NCBI RefSeq assembly: GCF_009914755.1
Contig: NC_060935.1
Origin: the human T2T-CHM13v2.0 reference genome, Homo sapiens
Reading direction: 5' to 3' (one strand)
DNA: 64,000 nucleotides
Shown here: positions 1-12,289 of the stretch, in pieces
Layout of the letters: the number at the start of each line of letters is the position of its first letter
How positions within the stretch are numbered: position 1 is the stretch's first letter
Translations under genes and position numbers: made by a program
The notes under the pieces: generated by a model
Told to the model about the DNA's origin: nothing
The model's database searches: none
What the model saw: only the letters and a program-made list of their open reading frames with translations

Positions 1-3000
1 ATACCTAGGATAGTATATCTGACAAGAACATCCTTCACATGTGAAGGAGAAATACTTTCCCAGACAAACAAAAACTGAGGGATTTCATCAATATACCAGA
101 CCTGTCCTACAAGAAATGCTAAAGGGAGTATTCAATCAGAAAGAAAAGGACATTAATGAGTGACAAATAATTATGTGAAGGTACATAACTCACTGTAACA
201 GTAAGTACACAGAAAAGCACAGAATATTATAACACTGTAACTGTGAAGTGTAAACTACTCTTATCCTAGCAGAGGGACTGAATGATAAATCAATCAAAAA
301 CAGTGACTACAACAACTTTTCAAGGCACAGTCAGTACAGAAAGATGTAAATAGAAACAACAAAAAGTTAAAAAAGGAAGACAAAGTTAAGATGTAGAGTT
401 TTATTAGTTTTCTTTTTGCTTGATTGTTTATGCAAATAGTGTTAAGTTGTTATCAGGTTAAAATAATGGGTTATAAGATAGTATTTGCAAGCTTCATGAT
501 AACCTCAAACCAAAAAACATACAATGGATACACAAGAAATAAAAAGCAAGAAACTAAATCATATCTCCAGAGGAAATCACCTTCATTATAGGAAGACAGG
601 AAAGAAAGGAAGAAGAAAGAGAAGACAATAAAATAATAATTAAACAAAGAACAAAATGGCAGGAGTAAGTGCTTATCAATAATAGCATTAAATGTAAATG
701 GTTTAAAATCTCCAGTCAAAAGACATAGACTGGCTGAACAGATGAAAAAACAAGACCCATTGATCTGTTGCCTAAAAGAATTACACTTCACCTCTAAAGA
801 CACACATAGACTGAAAAGAAAGGAATGGAAAAAGATATTCCATGGAAAAGGAAACCAAAAAAGAGCAATGGTTGCTACACTTATATCAGAAAAAATAGAT
901 TTCAAGACAAAAACTATAAGAAGAGTCAAAGAAGGTCACTATATAGGTCACTTTATAATGCTAAAGGGGTTAATTCATCAAGATGATATAATAATTTTAA
1001 ATATATATGCACTCAACACTGGAGCACCCAACTATATAAAGGGAATACTATTAAAGCTAAAGAGAGAGATGGGCCTTAATACATTAATAGCTGAAGACTT
1101 CAACACCCCACTTTCAGCATTGGACAGATCTTCCAGATAGAAAATCAACAAAGAAACATCAGAGTTAATCTGCACTATAGACCAAATGGGTCTAATAGAT
1201 ATTCGCAGAACATTTCATCCAAGAGCTGCAGGATACACATTCTTTTCCTCAAAACATGGATTATTCTCAAGGATAGACCATATCTTAGGTCAGAAAATAT
1301 GTCTTAAAACATTCAAAAAATTCAAATAATAAGAAGCATCTTCTCTGACCACAATGGAATAAAGCTAGAAATTAATAAGATAAATTTTGGAAACTATACA
1401 AATACATGGAAATTAAACAATAAGCCTGAGTGACAGTGGGTAAATGAAGAAATTAAGAAGGACATTGAAAAATTTTTTGAAGCAAATGATAATGGAAATA
1501 CAATATACTAAAACCTATAGAATACAGTAAAAGCAGTACTAAGAAGGAAGTTTATAAATGTCTACATCAAAAAAGAAGAAAAACTTCAAATGAACAATCT
1601 AGTGATGCATTTTAAGTAACTAGAAAAGCAAGAGCAAACCAAACCCTAACTTGGTAGAAGAATAGACATGATAAAGATCAGAGCAGAAATAAATAAAAAT
1701 TAAAATTTTAAAAATAATACAAAAGACAAATGAAGGAAAATGTTGTTTTTTGAAAAGTCAAACAAAATTGATAAACCTTTAGTCTAAGAAAAAGAGAAGA
1801 TCCAAATAAAAAAAAAAATCAGAAACAAAAAAGGAGACATTACAACTGATACTGCAGAAATTCAAAGGATCATTAGTGGCTACTATGAGCAACTAAATGC
1901 CAATAAGTTGGAAAATCTAGAAGTAATGGACAAATTCCTAGATATTACAAACTACCAAGATTGAACCAGGAAGAAATCCAAAATCTGAACACACCAATGA
2001 CAAGTAATGAGATCAAAGCTGTAATAAAAAGTCTCCCAGTAAAGAAAAACCTAGGATCTGATAGCTTTACTGCTGAATTTTACCAAATATTTAAAGAAGA
2101 ACTAATACCAATCCTACTCAAACTATTCCTAAAAATAGAGAAAGAGGAAATACTTCCAAACTCATTCTAAAGTCAGTATTACTCTGATACCAAAACCAAA
2201 GACACATTTAAAAAAAAGGAAAAAGAAAAGAAAACTACAAGCCAATAGCTTTGATAAATATTGATGCAAAAATTCTCAATAAAATACTAGCAAACTGAAT
2301 TCAACAATGAGAAAGATCATTTATCATGACCAAGTGGTATTTATTCCTGGGATGTAAGGATGTTTCAACATATGCAAGTCAATCAATGTGATATATCATA
2401 TCAATAAAATGAAAGATGAAAATCTTATGATCATGTCAATCAATGCTGAAAAAGCACTTGGCAAAATTCAACATAAAAACTTCATTATAAAAACCCTCCA
2501 AAAGCTGGGGATAGAAGGAACATACCTTAACATAACAAAAGCCATATATGACAGACCCGAGGTTAATATTATACTGAATGAGAACAACCTGCATGCCTTT
2601 CCTCTATGATCTGGAACACGACATGGATGCTCACTGTCACCACTGTTATTCAACACAGTACTGGAAGTCACAGCTACAGCAATTAGACAAGAGAAAGATA
2701 GAAAGGGCATCCAAATTAGAAAAGAAGAATTCAAGTTATCCTTGTCTGCAGATGCTATGATCTTATATTTGGAAAAACCTAAAGACTCTACAAGAAAATT
2801 ATTAGAACTGATAAGTAAATTCAGTAAAGTTGCAGGATACAAAATCAACATACAAAAATAAGTAGCATTTCTCTATGCCCATAGTGAACAATGAGAAAAA
2901 GAAATTTAAAAAGTAATCCCATTTACAATGGCCACAAATAAAATTAAATACCTAGGAATTAACTGAACCAAAAAAAAGAAAGGTCTCTGTAATGAAAACT

Positions 3001-3806
3001 ATAAAACACTGATGAAAGAAATTGAAAAGAACACCAAAAAATGGAAAAATGTTCCATGTTCATGGATTGAAAGAATCAATATTGTTAAAATGTCCATATT
3101 TCCCAAAGCAATCTATAGATTCAATACAACCCCTATCAAAATACCAATGATATTCTTCTCAAGTATAGAAAAAACAATCCTAAAATGTATGTGGAGCCAT
3201 AAAAGACTCAGAATAACCAAAATTATCCTGGGCAAAAAGAACAAAACTGATGGAACCATGTTACCTCACTTCAAATTATAGTACAGATGGATAGTAAACA
3301 AAACAACATGGTACTGGCATAAAAACAGACACATAGACCAATGGAACAGAATAGAGAACCCAGAAACGATCCACACACCTACAGTAAACTCATTTTTGAC
3401 AAAAGTGCCAATAACACACACTGGGGAAAAGACGGTATCTTTAATAAATAATGTTAGGAAAACTGGATATCCATATACAGAAGAAAGAAACTAGACCCGT
3501 ATCTCTTGCCATATAACAAAAATCAAATCAAAATGGATTAAATACTTAAATCTCAAACCCCAAATTATGAAACTACTACAAGAAAACACTGGGGAAACTC
3601 TCCAGGACATTGGTCTTGGTCTTGAGCAATACCCCACAGATACAGGCAACCAAAGCAAAAATGGACAAATGGGATCACATCAAGTTAAAAAGATTCTGCA
3701 CAACAAAGGATACAATCAACAAAGTGAGGAGACAACCCACAGAATGGGAGAAAATTTTTGCAAACTACCCATCTGACAAGGGATTAACAACGAGAATATA
3801 TAAGGA
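1..3806 (+). mobile_element. LINE-1 (older L1MA/L1PB-class): ORF1 3' end, inter-ORF region, disrupted ORF2; ends abruptly before the 3' UTR
   Basis: ORF2 start ATGGCAGGAGTAAGT at 656. Fragments: endonuclease (DPLICCLKELH, NIYALNTGAPNYI, DFNTPLSALDRSSR), Z/RT region ([41 protein letters not shown]) and C-terminal [18 protein letters not shown]. Many stops and frameshifts. Confidence 0.95.
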
Positions 3807-3924
3807 GATAAACTCTTCATGTCCCTTTTAACTATTCCTCTTGAGCTCAATTTAAAATATCTGGTTATTTTCTGTGAAATTGAATCCATATATCTTTCAG
3901 AGTAGTGACTGTGGGAAAAAATGA
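3806..3924. repeat. Left arm of ~120-bp inverted duplication (partner 4786-4907)
   Basis: Manual alignment to the reverse complement of 4786-4907; shared blocks AGATAAACT, CCTCTTGAGCTCAATTT, TTTTCTGTGAAATTGAA, TCAGAGTAGT, GGGAAAAAATGA. Confidence 0.9.
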
Positions 3925-4362
3925 CATATTCAAACTGGGAGGAGACTTTAATGAAGAATCTACTCATAGGATTGTGGGCAGAGTTTAAGGAAACCAACAA
4001 AGGATGGTGCAGTATTCCTGGGCTTGCCTTATTGGAGAGACTTTACTACCCTACACCCTGAGGGCACAAAGGGAGGGAGCTGTCACTAGAACCCAGAGAA
4101 GGTAGCTGCATATTGACAGCCACTTAACAGGAGCCCTCAGAAGGTAAGGACAGTGTGCAGCAACCCAAGGGGGAGGAAGCAACAAGAATAAATACCCCAA
4201 ACTTACTTTTCTCCCTCCCTCTGATCACTTGCCAAAACATACCAGTGACCAAACCAAATAGGAAAACAGGGGACAAAGTAACCACGGTGATGAAGTCCAC
4301 ATGGGTCAGCCTCCCAGGACAGAATGGAGTAGGGTAAAGATCGGATGGGGGAGTGCAAACAG
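3912..4362 (-). mobile_element. ERVL solo LTR, LTR33-like
   Basis: Motifs GTGGGCAGAGTTTAAGGAAACCAACAAAGGATGGTG, GGGAGGGAGCTGTCACTAGAACCCAGAGA, CCCTCTGATC and GGTCAGCCTCC resemble recalled LTR33 antisense consensus. Confidence 0.65.
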
Positions 4363-4659
4363 GCCCTCTCTCCACTTCTTGGTTTATAGACCTTCAAAAT
4401 AGACATGGTCACATAGCTGATCCAGCCCCACTAACCTAGGCCAAGGAGGAAAGATGAAAATATTTCATTTTGGGATTGGATTCACATAAGCTTTTAGGAT
4501 TCAAACGGCCTTATTCTACCAGTCTGGCCACTACTTTGCCAAATTGGAATTTTGTGTTAAAATTAAAAGAGATTGAGAGCAAAAGAAATGACTCTTACTG
4601 TATATATGCAGTGACACATGCAACCTTCATGTCAAATATGATTCTTGGGGTTGTTTGAG

Positions 4660-4785
4660 GGTCAGGATGCCCAGGCTAAAGCCCTGGTTCTGAAACATTA
4701 CCAGCTAGGTGATTCCACACAGTTTCCTCCACCTCCTGTAAAGCTACCTTGCTTCTTCTAACTCTGACATACTGTGATTCTATTT
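4660..4785 (+). mobile_element. MIR/MIR3 SINE fragment
   Basis: CAGTTTCCTCCACCTCCTGTAA core and TTCTAACTCTGACATACTGTGATTCTA tail. Confidence 0.5.
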
Positions 4786-4907
4786 TCATTTTTTCCCCAG
4801 TTACTACTCTGACAGATTTAGGGCCTCTTCAATTTCACAGAAAAGAACCACATATTTTAAAATTGAGCTCAAGAGGGATTATTAAAGGGTGTATGAATAG
4901 TTTATCT
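4786..4907. repeat. Right arm of ~120-bp inverted duplication (partner 3806-3924)
   Basis: Reverse complement aligns to 3806-3924 at roughly 80-85% identity by eye. Confidence 0.9.
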
Positions 4908-5184
4908 TTGAAAAGAGAAAGCAAATAAGCTGCAAAGCAAAATTTAAAAAGTATCTTTAAGTTTTTAACTGAAAGGAAAACATCTTCTCCCCTGAGAAAT
5001 TATTTTCTCTACCATTTATTAAATATCTTACTGCATTTTCTGGGCATTCAAAGATGAACCAGATGTGAATTCAGCTCTCACAGAACCTCCAGACTGGGAG
5101 GGAAGAGGAAACAGACATAGGAAAAATGACAAAGTTGCAAAGGTTGCAGTTATTTGAGGTGGCTTTTGAGGATTGTTATGATTT

Positions 5185-5878
5185 TATTTTTTCCTTTTAT
5201 TAAATTAAATTTTATTTTTAAAATTTGCATATAATAATTGTACATATTTATTGAGTACATAATGATGTTTCCATACATATACTGTATAGTGATCAGATCA
5301 GGGTAATTAGTGTACCTATCATCTCAAATATTCATAATTTCTTTGTATTGGGAACATTCCATTTCCTCTTTCTAGCTATTTGAAACTAGAATCATCTTAC
5401 AGTAGTATAGAATACTCTAACTTGTTCCTCCTATCTACCTGTAATTGTATCTTTTAACAAATCTCTCCCTATGACCCCTTCCCTCATGCTTCCTGGCCTC
5501 TAGTATCCTCTGTTCTACTTTTTCCTTCTATGATATCAACTTCTTGTAGCTTCTGCATATGGAGGAGAACATGCAGTGCTTAGGTTTCTGTTTCTGGCTT
5601 ATTTCTCTTAACATATCCTCCAATTTTATCCATGTTGCCATGAATGACAGGATTTCACTCTTTTTCATTAGTGAATACTATTCTATTATGTATATATACC
5701 ACATTTTCTTTATCCATTCATTAGTTGATAGACACAGGTTGATTCCATATCTCAGCTGTTGTGAATAGTGCAATAATAAACAGGGAGACACAGATGTTTC
5801 TTTGATATATTGATTTCCTTTCCTTTGGATAAATAACAAGTATGGGATTGCTAGAGGATATGGTAGTTCTATTTTTAG
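5185..5878 (-). mobile_element. L1MA-class 3' end
   Basis: T-rich tail followed by AATTGTACATATTTATTGAGTACATAATGATGTTTC..GATCAGGGTAATTAG, CCATGTTGCCATGAATGACAGGATTTC and GGTAGTTCTATTTTTAG. Confidence 0.85.
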
Positions 5879-6208
<330 letters not shown>

Positions 6209-7504
6209 TAAAACATCCATGAAAGGGAGCAGTAAGATTTAAGTTTGAAAAGTATGTTTGGGTCAGCTATAAATGAGTGGATAGATGAATCACACCTGGG
6301 GGTAAAAATACTGAGTTGAAATAGCGCCAAAAGGGATTTAGGTACTTATGGAAATGGCTGTTCATCATAAAGGATTTTAGCCCTTGAAGTGGATTATCAA
6401 CAACTGTAATGGAAAGTCTTAAATGTAGGATTCTAAGAACAGGACAGACATAGCTCAATGATGATATAGAAACAGTAATGATGGAGCAGGGACGAACATG
6501 AGGGAAGAAGGAGGGCTGGTTGAAATTGAAGACTTCTTGAGGCCACATTCTGGACTTAGAATATGGTGTTGAAAAAACAAGAGAGATTCTGAAATCAGGT
6601 GGTATGGACTTGGATGTTTGTTTTAGTTTTGGTTTCCCCAAATTCAAAATGGGGTTGAAATATGGTTCTTGTGGCTATTCAATACCATAACTTATTGAAA
6701 ACAATTATCACAAGATTGATCATGTAACTAGACATTCGAAAAATGTTAGCACGCATCCTTGTTTTTTTACAACGTTTGAATGCCGTAGCAATTGCTTCTT
6801 TTAAAAATTTCACTTTTCTGAGCTCCAAATCCATGTACTTCTCTTTTCTGCCTTCTTTTAGTTAGCTGTTGACACCTAAAGAGCACTGGTTTCATTTAAA
6901 AGTTAAATGCGTCACCATCATGCAATATACAAAAGTAGATCTTTTGCAAATACACTACCATCCATGTCCTTAGATTTTGAAGGCCTATTTCACTTAATAA
7001 TAGCATTTTAGGTATAAGTGAGAACTATCCTCTAATCATGTGGATTTTTATTCTTGCACCAAATGCCCATGAAGGTTAAACATTCTTCAAGTACTGGGCT
7101 TCCCTGTATTTTGTTATTAAGAGAAAGGGGTGGTGGGACCTGGACTGTGGTTTCCCACTTATGTGATATTCCTCAACATATGGAATCCTTTCTCTTCTTC
7201 TTGTTCATTTGAAACACAAGAAACAGTTTCATCATATGGTGTATTGATCTGAAGAGTCCCAGAAAGGGTGAGAGTTCCCCGTGGAATTGTAACCAGGAAC
7301 AGAATTTAGTGGGTCGGCAGTCATAGTCCCCGAGGGTTCTAGTGTGCTAAAAGAAACAAAGTGAGAGGAGAAACTCTGGTATTAAATAATTAAATACAAG
7401 AAAAAGGCCAAAGGAGGAAAATACTTTAGGAATGAGTGGCTGAGACTACACCAAGCCAGATATGAATTACGAGTAGAACTGAGATGAATTGTAGCATTTC
7501 TAAA

Positions 7505-7640
7505 TTTTATGTCAGTTTATTAGAATTTAGAGCTGAGAACATGAGACTTGGATAGGTAAAGTCATTTTCCCAAAGTAACCTAACTATTTAATGTAGGATC
7601 TCAAGCTAGAACCCAGACTTCTATAGCCCAGTTCAGATCA
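7505..7640 (-). mobile_element. MIR fragment
   Basis: AGGTAAAGTCATTTTCCCAAAGTAACCTAACTA..AGAACCCAGACT resembles the antisense MIR core. Confidence 0.5.
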
Positions 7641-8269
7641 CCATCTCTGCACCTAAGTATATTTGGGAGTTTGGAGATAGCGTTAAAAAAATAAAAAGCT
7701 GTATTTAGGCAGAATGAGGTGGAGCCATCTTTTCTTTTCTTCTGATCAGTCTAGGCAGTTTTCCTGGCTTAATTTTAAGATTATGACTGTTTCGGTGTCA
7801 TATATATATATTCCTGGGCAATGTTTTTGGTGCATTTTTCATCAAAGCATGTCATAAAATCACTTCTGACAATTCTGTTCCTGGTCAGAATGCCCGAAAA
7901 CTGCACTGACTCCAAATTTCCAGCATGGCCAAGAGACCTGGATGTAGCCATTTTTAAAGTCTTTTATCCACTGGGCACACGCAGTGCCATCTGCCTCAGC
8001 AATGCCATGTACCTGCATTCCTAGAGGCACATCTGCAGAGCCAACAGTTTACCCCAAGGCTATAACAGGCTTCCTATACCCTCACTTCTCCAGTCGGACT
8101 TATCCAAGGCTATCTAATTAGCTCCTCTGTGTCCTATTCAAGTCTTTATTTTCTCCACAATACCAGAGAACAGAAAAAGATTGTATTTGTACATGTTCTA
8201 GTAGGAAAGGTGTGCTGTAGCACCATCTAATATCATAAAACTTGGACTCTATCCTGGGCCAGGATCATA

Positions 8270-8890
8270 GGCCATGTATTAGAAGGTTAAAAACTTGATA
8301 AGATATTGCTTCTTCTCTCAAGGGAATTACAATATCATAAGCAGAATGAGAAATGTCACAAGAAAAGGCAAAATGCTATAGGGCTGGAATGAAGTGATAA
8401 AAGTGTAGAAATCACATCAGGTTCAAAGGATTTCAAATGATTTTGTTCAGAATGTAGCACTGAGATGGCCTTTGAAGGATGGATAGGATTTTATAGGCTC
8501 AATGGCCAGAGGAATGGAGGAGGGATGTTCCAGACAGAGGGAGAAGCAAGGCCAAGAATTAGCAGCAGTGAGCTTTGGGCCATGGTCAAGAAATGCTGAA
8601 TAGTTCAGCTGGACCAAAATTTTGGGTAACAATGGGAAAGGAATGGGAGATAGGAAAAGATGGTTAGAATCATATTGAAGGAGTTGAACCTTGAAGGTTT
8701 TTGATGAGAATAGTTCTTGAAAAAGAGATTCAAACATTTTAAGTGACTCTGAGGATGAGGATAACACAATGTGTTCATTCAGGTGCCTGGGAGGGTGGCC
8801 GTAATGAATGATCTGAGCTAGACCTGTGGGAAACCACTTGTTCACACTGAGGGAGTGCTGGAGCTAGAGTCTAGGGATGTAGCCTCTATG
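8270..8890 (-). mobile_element. L2 fragment
   Basis: TGAGATGGCCTTTGAAGGATGGATAGGATTT, GGGATGTTCCAGACAGAGGGAGAAGCA: typical antisense L2. Confidence 0.55.
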
Positions 8891-8935
8891 GAAATGCTGA
8901 GGGAGACTTGGTTGTTTTGGAATGTTCGACCTTAC

Positions 8936-9039
8936 CCGGTCCTGTTGTTAATTTCTTTTCCCTCCTCCTTCTTGGTTTACTTTGATGGCTTAGTGAACAT
9001 GGTACAAGATGTATTCTCAAGGAACAAATCTTACTGCTG
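8936..9039 (-). other. Candidate non-coding exon (minus strand)
   Basis: Acceptor tactgtgttttcag|CAGCAG and donor CGG|gtaagg on the minus strand, 104 nt apart. Splice signals only, no expression evidence. Confidence 0.2.
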
Positions 9040-10139
9040 CTGAAAACACAGTACACCACTCTCAAAAGCTGTATCCTATACAATTTGAATGTCGTGAGTA
9101 CTTAGAAGCTCTTTTCTTGATGAAAGCCCTTAGCTGAATTTTGAGTTTGCGCTTTTGAATTTAACCAAAGAAGTGGAAGACTGCAAGAGCAAAGTTACCT
9201 GCATGACAGGATGCACTTTGTTAAAACTGTTTGAATCAGTGTGATTTAGTTGTATTTATGTGGATACTAAATAAAGTACTCCATATTACTACATTTTAGG
9301 AAAGAAAGCCACACAACACACCGGTAATCTGAGAGCTTTCTAGCATTTTCTTCCCTAAAATGAAGTAGGACAATAAAACTGTCTTCGAAAGGGACTTAAC
9401 TTAGACTTTAGGAAAGTTGAGAATGTTGATGGCCATAGAAAGACTGGGTAAAATAATCAAGCTGATCCTAGATGTAAACTATGCAAACACAAGGGAAGAA
9501 TTGTATATACTTGTAAAGAAATGACCCAGAAAACAGCGTTGCACAGTGTTGCACTTTGTGTCCTACCACTTTACAAAATGTAAGTTTCTGGTGTTTTTAA
9601 AGTTGTGTCATGCGCCAGTTCCTCTCTTCTAAATTGCTCTGGGACACAGTAGGGACTCAACTGATATTTTGTTGAGGGGATGAGTGGAATCCTCATGCAT
9701 CTAATAATTTTTAAAAGATCAGAAGCTTTAGGTGAAAATGTAAGCAAAGTAAATAGATCAGAAAAGTTACATAAGTATGTTATAAGGGACTGGGTAAAAT
9801 GTCAGCACTTGGGAAGTTTCAGCAGCTGTTGGGAAATGCAGCCAGAAAAGCCATATTGGGTTCCCAGGAGAAGAAGAAAGGCCACTCCCTTGCCACAGCA
9901 CTAAGCACCTGTTTTAGTAATCAGTGTTGGCCTGGGGCTTTGCAGCTAACTTTTAGCCCTGAAAGCACCCATTGGTTTGCGAGGACTTAGGTGGTTTGGC
10001 CAGACCCAGGATTAAAGCATCTCATTTATTTTAGTCAATGTTTGCCTATTCCAAAGGGCACTTGTCCACAGGTATCTGTACTTTTTGCTGTATTCTCTCT
10101 TTGTAAGCTGTAGCTCATCATCCTCTGGGAACCTCCATA

Positions 10140-10900
10140 CCCGGTATAGAGTTTTAGTGTATGTACACTGGATGCAGACACATTATTATATTTAATCCAC
10201 ATTACACCCCTGTCTTCCTTATTTTACAGCTAAAGGATCAGAGAGGTTACTAGACTTGGCCAAGGTCACACAGCTAGGAGGTGACATAGCTGAAATTCCA
10301 ACCCAGGATTCTTGGCTTAAGCACAGTATTTTTGTCTGTTGCATGGTGACAGATGCAGGCTTCATTCTACCTTCACTGCCAGGGCAGCAGGGCCTTTCCT
10401 GCTTCTGTACTTTGGCGTCAGATTGACTGGCTGGGCATCAAATTCCAGCTCCACTACTTCTTGCTATGTGACCCGAGGCAACTTGCTTAATTTTTCCCAA
10501 CCTCCATTTCCTTCTCTGTTGATTAGGCTCATGATTCCTTTTCACAGGATTTTCCTTCCCTTACATAAAGCTGAAGGCTGCCTGTGTTGGAAAAAGACTG
10601 AGTTAAGATATTATGTGCAAGTTTGTACAAGGCAGCCTCTTCTCAATTGTGGCAGCACTGTGCTTGCTCTAAGCCCTGGATTTGAGAGAGAGAGAAGCAA
10701 AGCTCTTGGAGGGAGAAGTTAAAGCCCCAGTTGGTTAATTTCCAGCAGTAAAGCCAAGTCTCCCTGAGCCCCTTTCCTGTCTAGGAAAAGGCGATCCTAA
10801 CACCTTTCCTAGGGGTGCTTTGGGTATTCACTGAGATTGTGCATATAAAAGCCCTCTGTGGATTTTAAATAATCATATAGATGTTCATTCTCACTATCAG
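10140..10900. mobile_element. Three MIR fragments (~10140-10335 -, ~10415-10520 +, ~10750-10900 +)
   Basis: CCAAGGTCACACAGCTAG; GCTATGTGACCCGAGGCAACTTGCTTAA; CCCTGAGCCCCTTTCCTGTCT. Confidence 0.6.
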
Positions 10901-11527
10901 AATAATCTCATTATTTCCAAATCAGGCCTCTCAGCTTAGACTTTTCTAAGTCCACATGAGGTCTCCATTTTCTCCTCTACTAGGAGCAGCAGATTACCAA
11001 AGAAAGAAAAGGTAGAGATATGAACGTGCTTCCCATTCACTACTCCCTACCTGTTTCTTGCAATCGTGTATTCTGGGACTTTCCTCATGGTGGGACCTTT
11101 CACACAACCCTCCTCTTCAAGCTGGGCAAGCCTGTTCTTGTCTCTCTTGTGCTTCAGGAGGAAGTACTGGAGAAGATGTAAGTTTTTAAGCCTTCATTTG
11201 GGGGGATGTGGAATGAAGGCAAAGGAGAGATGGGCAGGGATGTTTGATTTCATACTATCCCCAGCCCTTAGTGAAGTACTTGGCATCCTAAGAGGTACTT
11301 TGTAAATACCTGTTGAATGAATGACTGTGGAAAGTTGGTGGCAGGAAGAAGGGCTAGATGTAGAGAGCTGATGGAAAAGCATGAAGTGTGGCCAAAGAAT
11401 TTTGCTATTCTCCCTGTTGCTTTTAGACAGGTTAACATCAGACTGCTCTGGAAGCTGTAATTGATGAGGCCAGATTCACAGGACCACAAACAAAACTCCC
11501 TGTTGTTTTCATTTCTTTGTCTTGCAG

Positions 11528-11688
11528 ACAAACGCATCAGCTATTTGAAAAAGCAAGCCCAGAAAACAACTGACAAACCAAACAAATCTGGGAGGCTCAG
11601 CATATACATTTTTCTCTTCTAGAAGCTCCAAAGTGCTAATATAACATTTACATTTAAATCTGGCGACATTCAAATGAAGAAAGCCAAT
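11528..11688 (+). other. Candidate non-coding exon (plus strand)
   Basis: Long pyrimidine tract tgttttcatttctttgtcttgcag| and donor AAT|gtaagt (alternative TAA|gtgagt 4 nt downstream). Confidence 0.25.
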
Positions 11689-12289
11689 GTAAGTGAGTTA
11701 TGTTGGATGCCTCCTCTTTCACAACTCCCTCCTCTTGAGTCATGACATTGGCAATTTCAAATAGGAAGCAATCCCATTGAAAGGTTGTGAACACCCTTTC
11801 GAGATCTTTCTCCTTGTGGGCCCCGCATACTTGCAACTACATTCTTTCTCCTGAACCAGGCTCTAGCCAATTAAGCTGTTCATAATCAATATATTTTATT
11901 TTATGTATTTGGGGATTTATATCCTGCCAACTTCCAAAAGGACTTAAGAGCCCTTTAACATTTCAAAATAAAATGAGGAAATAAGGGATAAAAATAGAAC
12001 CTTATAAAATGAGTAAGGGAATAGATGTTACAAGGCATCTGAGTTGACCTAATTCTTGCAGCTATAGCCAGTAAACTAAATCCCAGCTTTATTTGTGGTT
12101 AGACCAAAAGGGAGCACACTGCGCTTACATAGCTCTCAGTGCTGTGTCGATGTGGAAAAAGAAAAGTACCGTTCGAAATGATTTGTAGAACTAAACCATT
12201 TTTTAGAGCTATAGCTTAAAAAGACACTATAGTTATTCTGTCAACAACCTCAAGAGAAGTCTGTGCATATAACACTTACTGCGAGCAAC

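Noticed and set aside
471-929. 152-aa hydrophobic minus-strand ORF
   Set aside because: Antisense frame of A-rich L1; the Phe/Leu richness is compositional.
656-3806. L1 ORF2 fragments as functional CDS
   Set aside because: Multiple stops and frameshifts; dead element.
3806-4907. DNA transposon with 120-bp TIRs
   Set aside because: No TSD or transposase remnant, the interior is LTR33/MIR/unique DNA, and the edge coincides with L1 loss. A rearrangement fits better.
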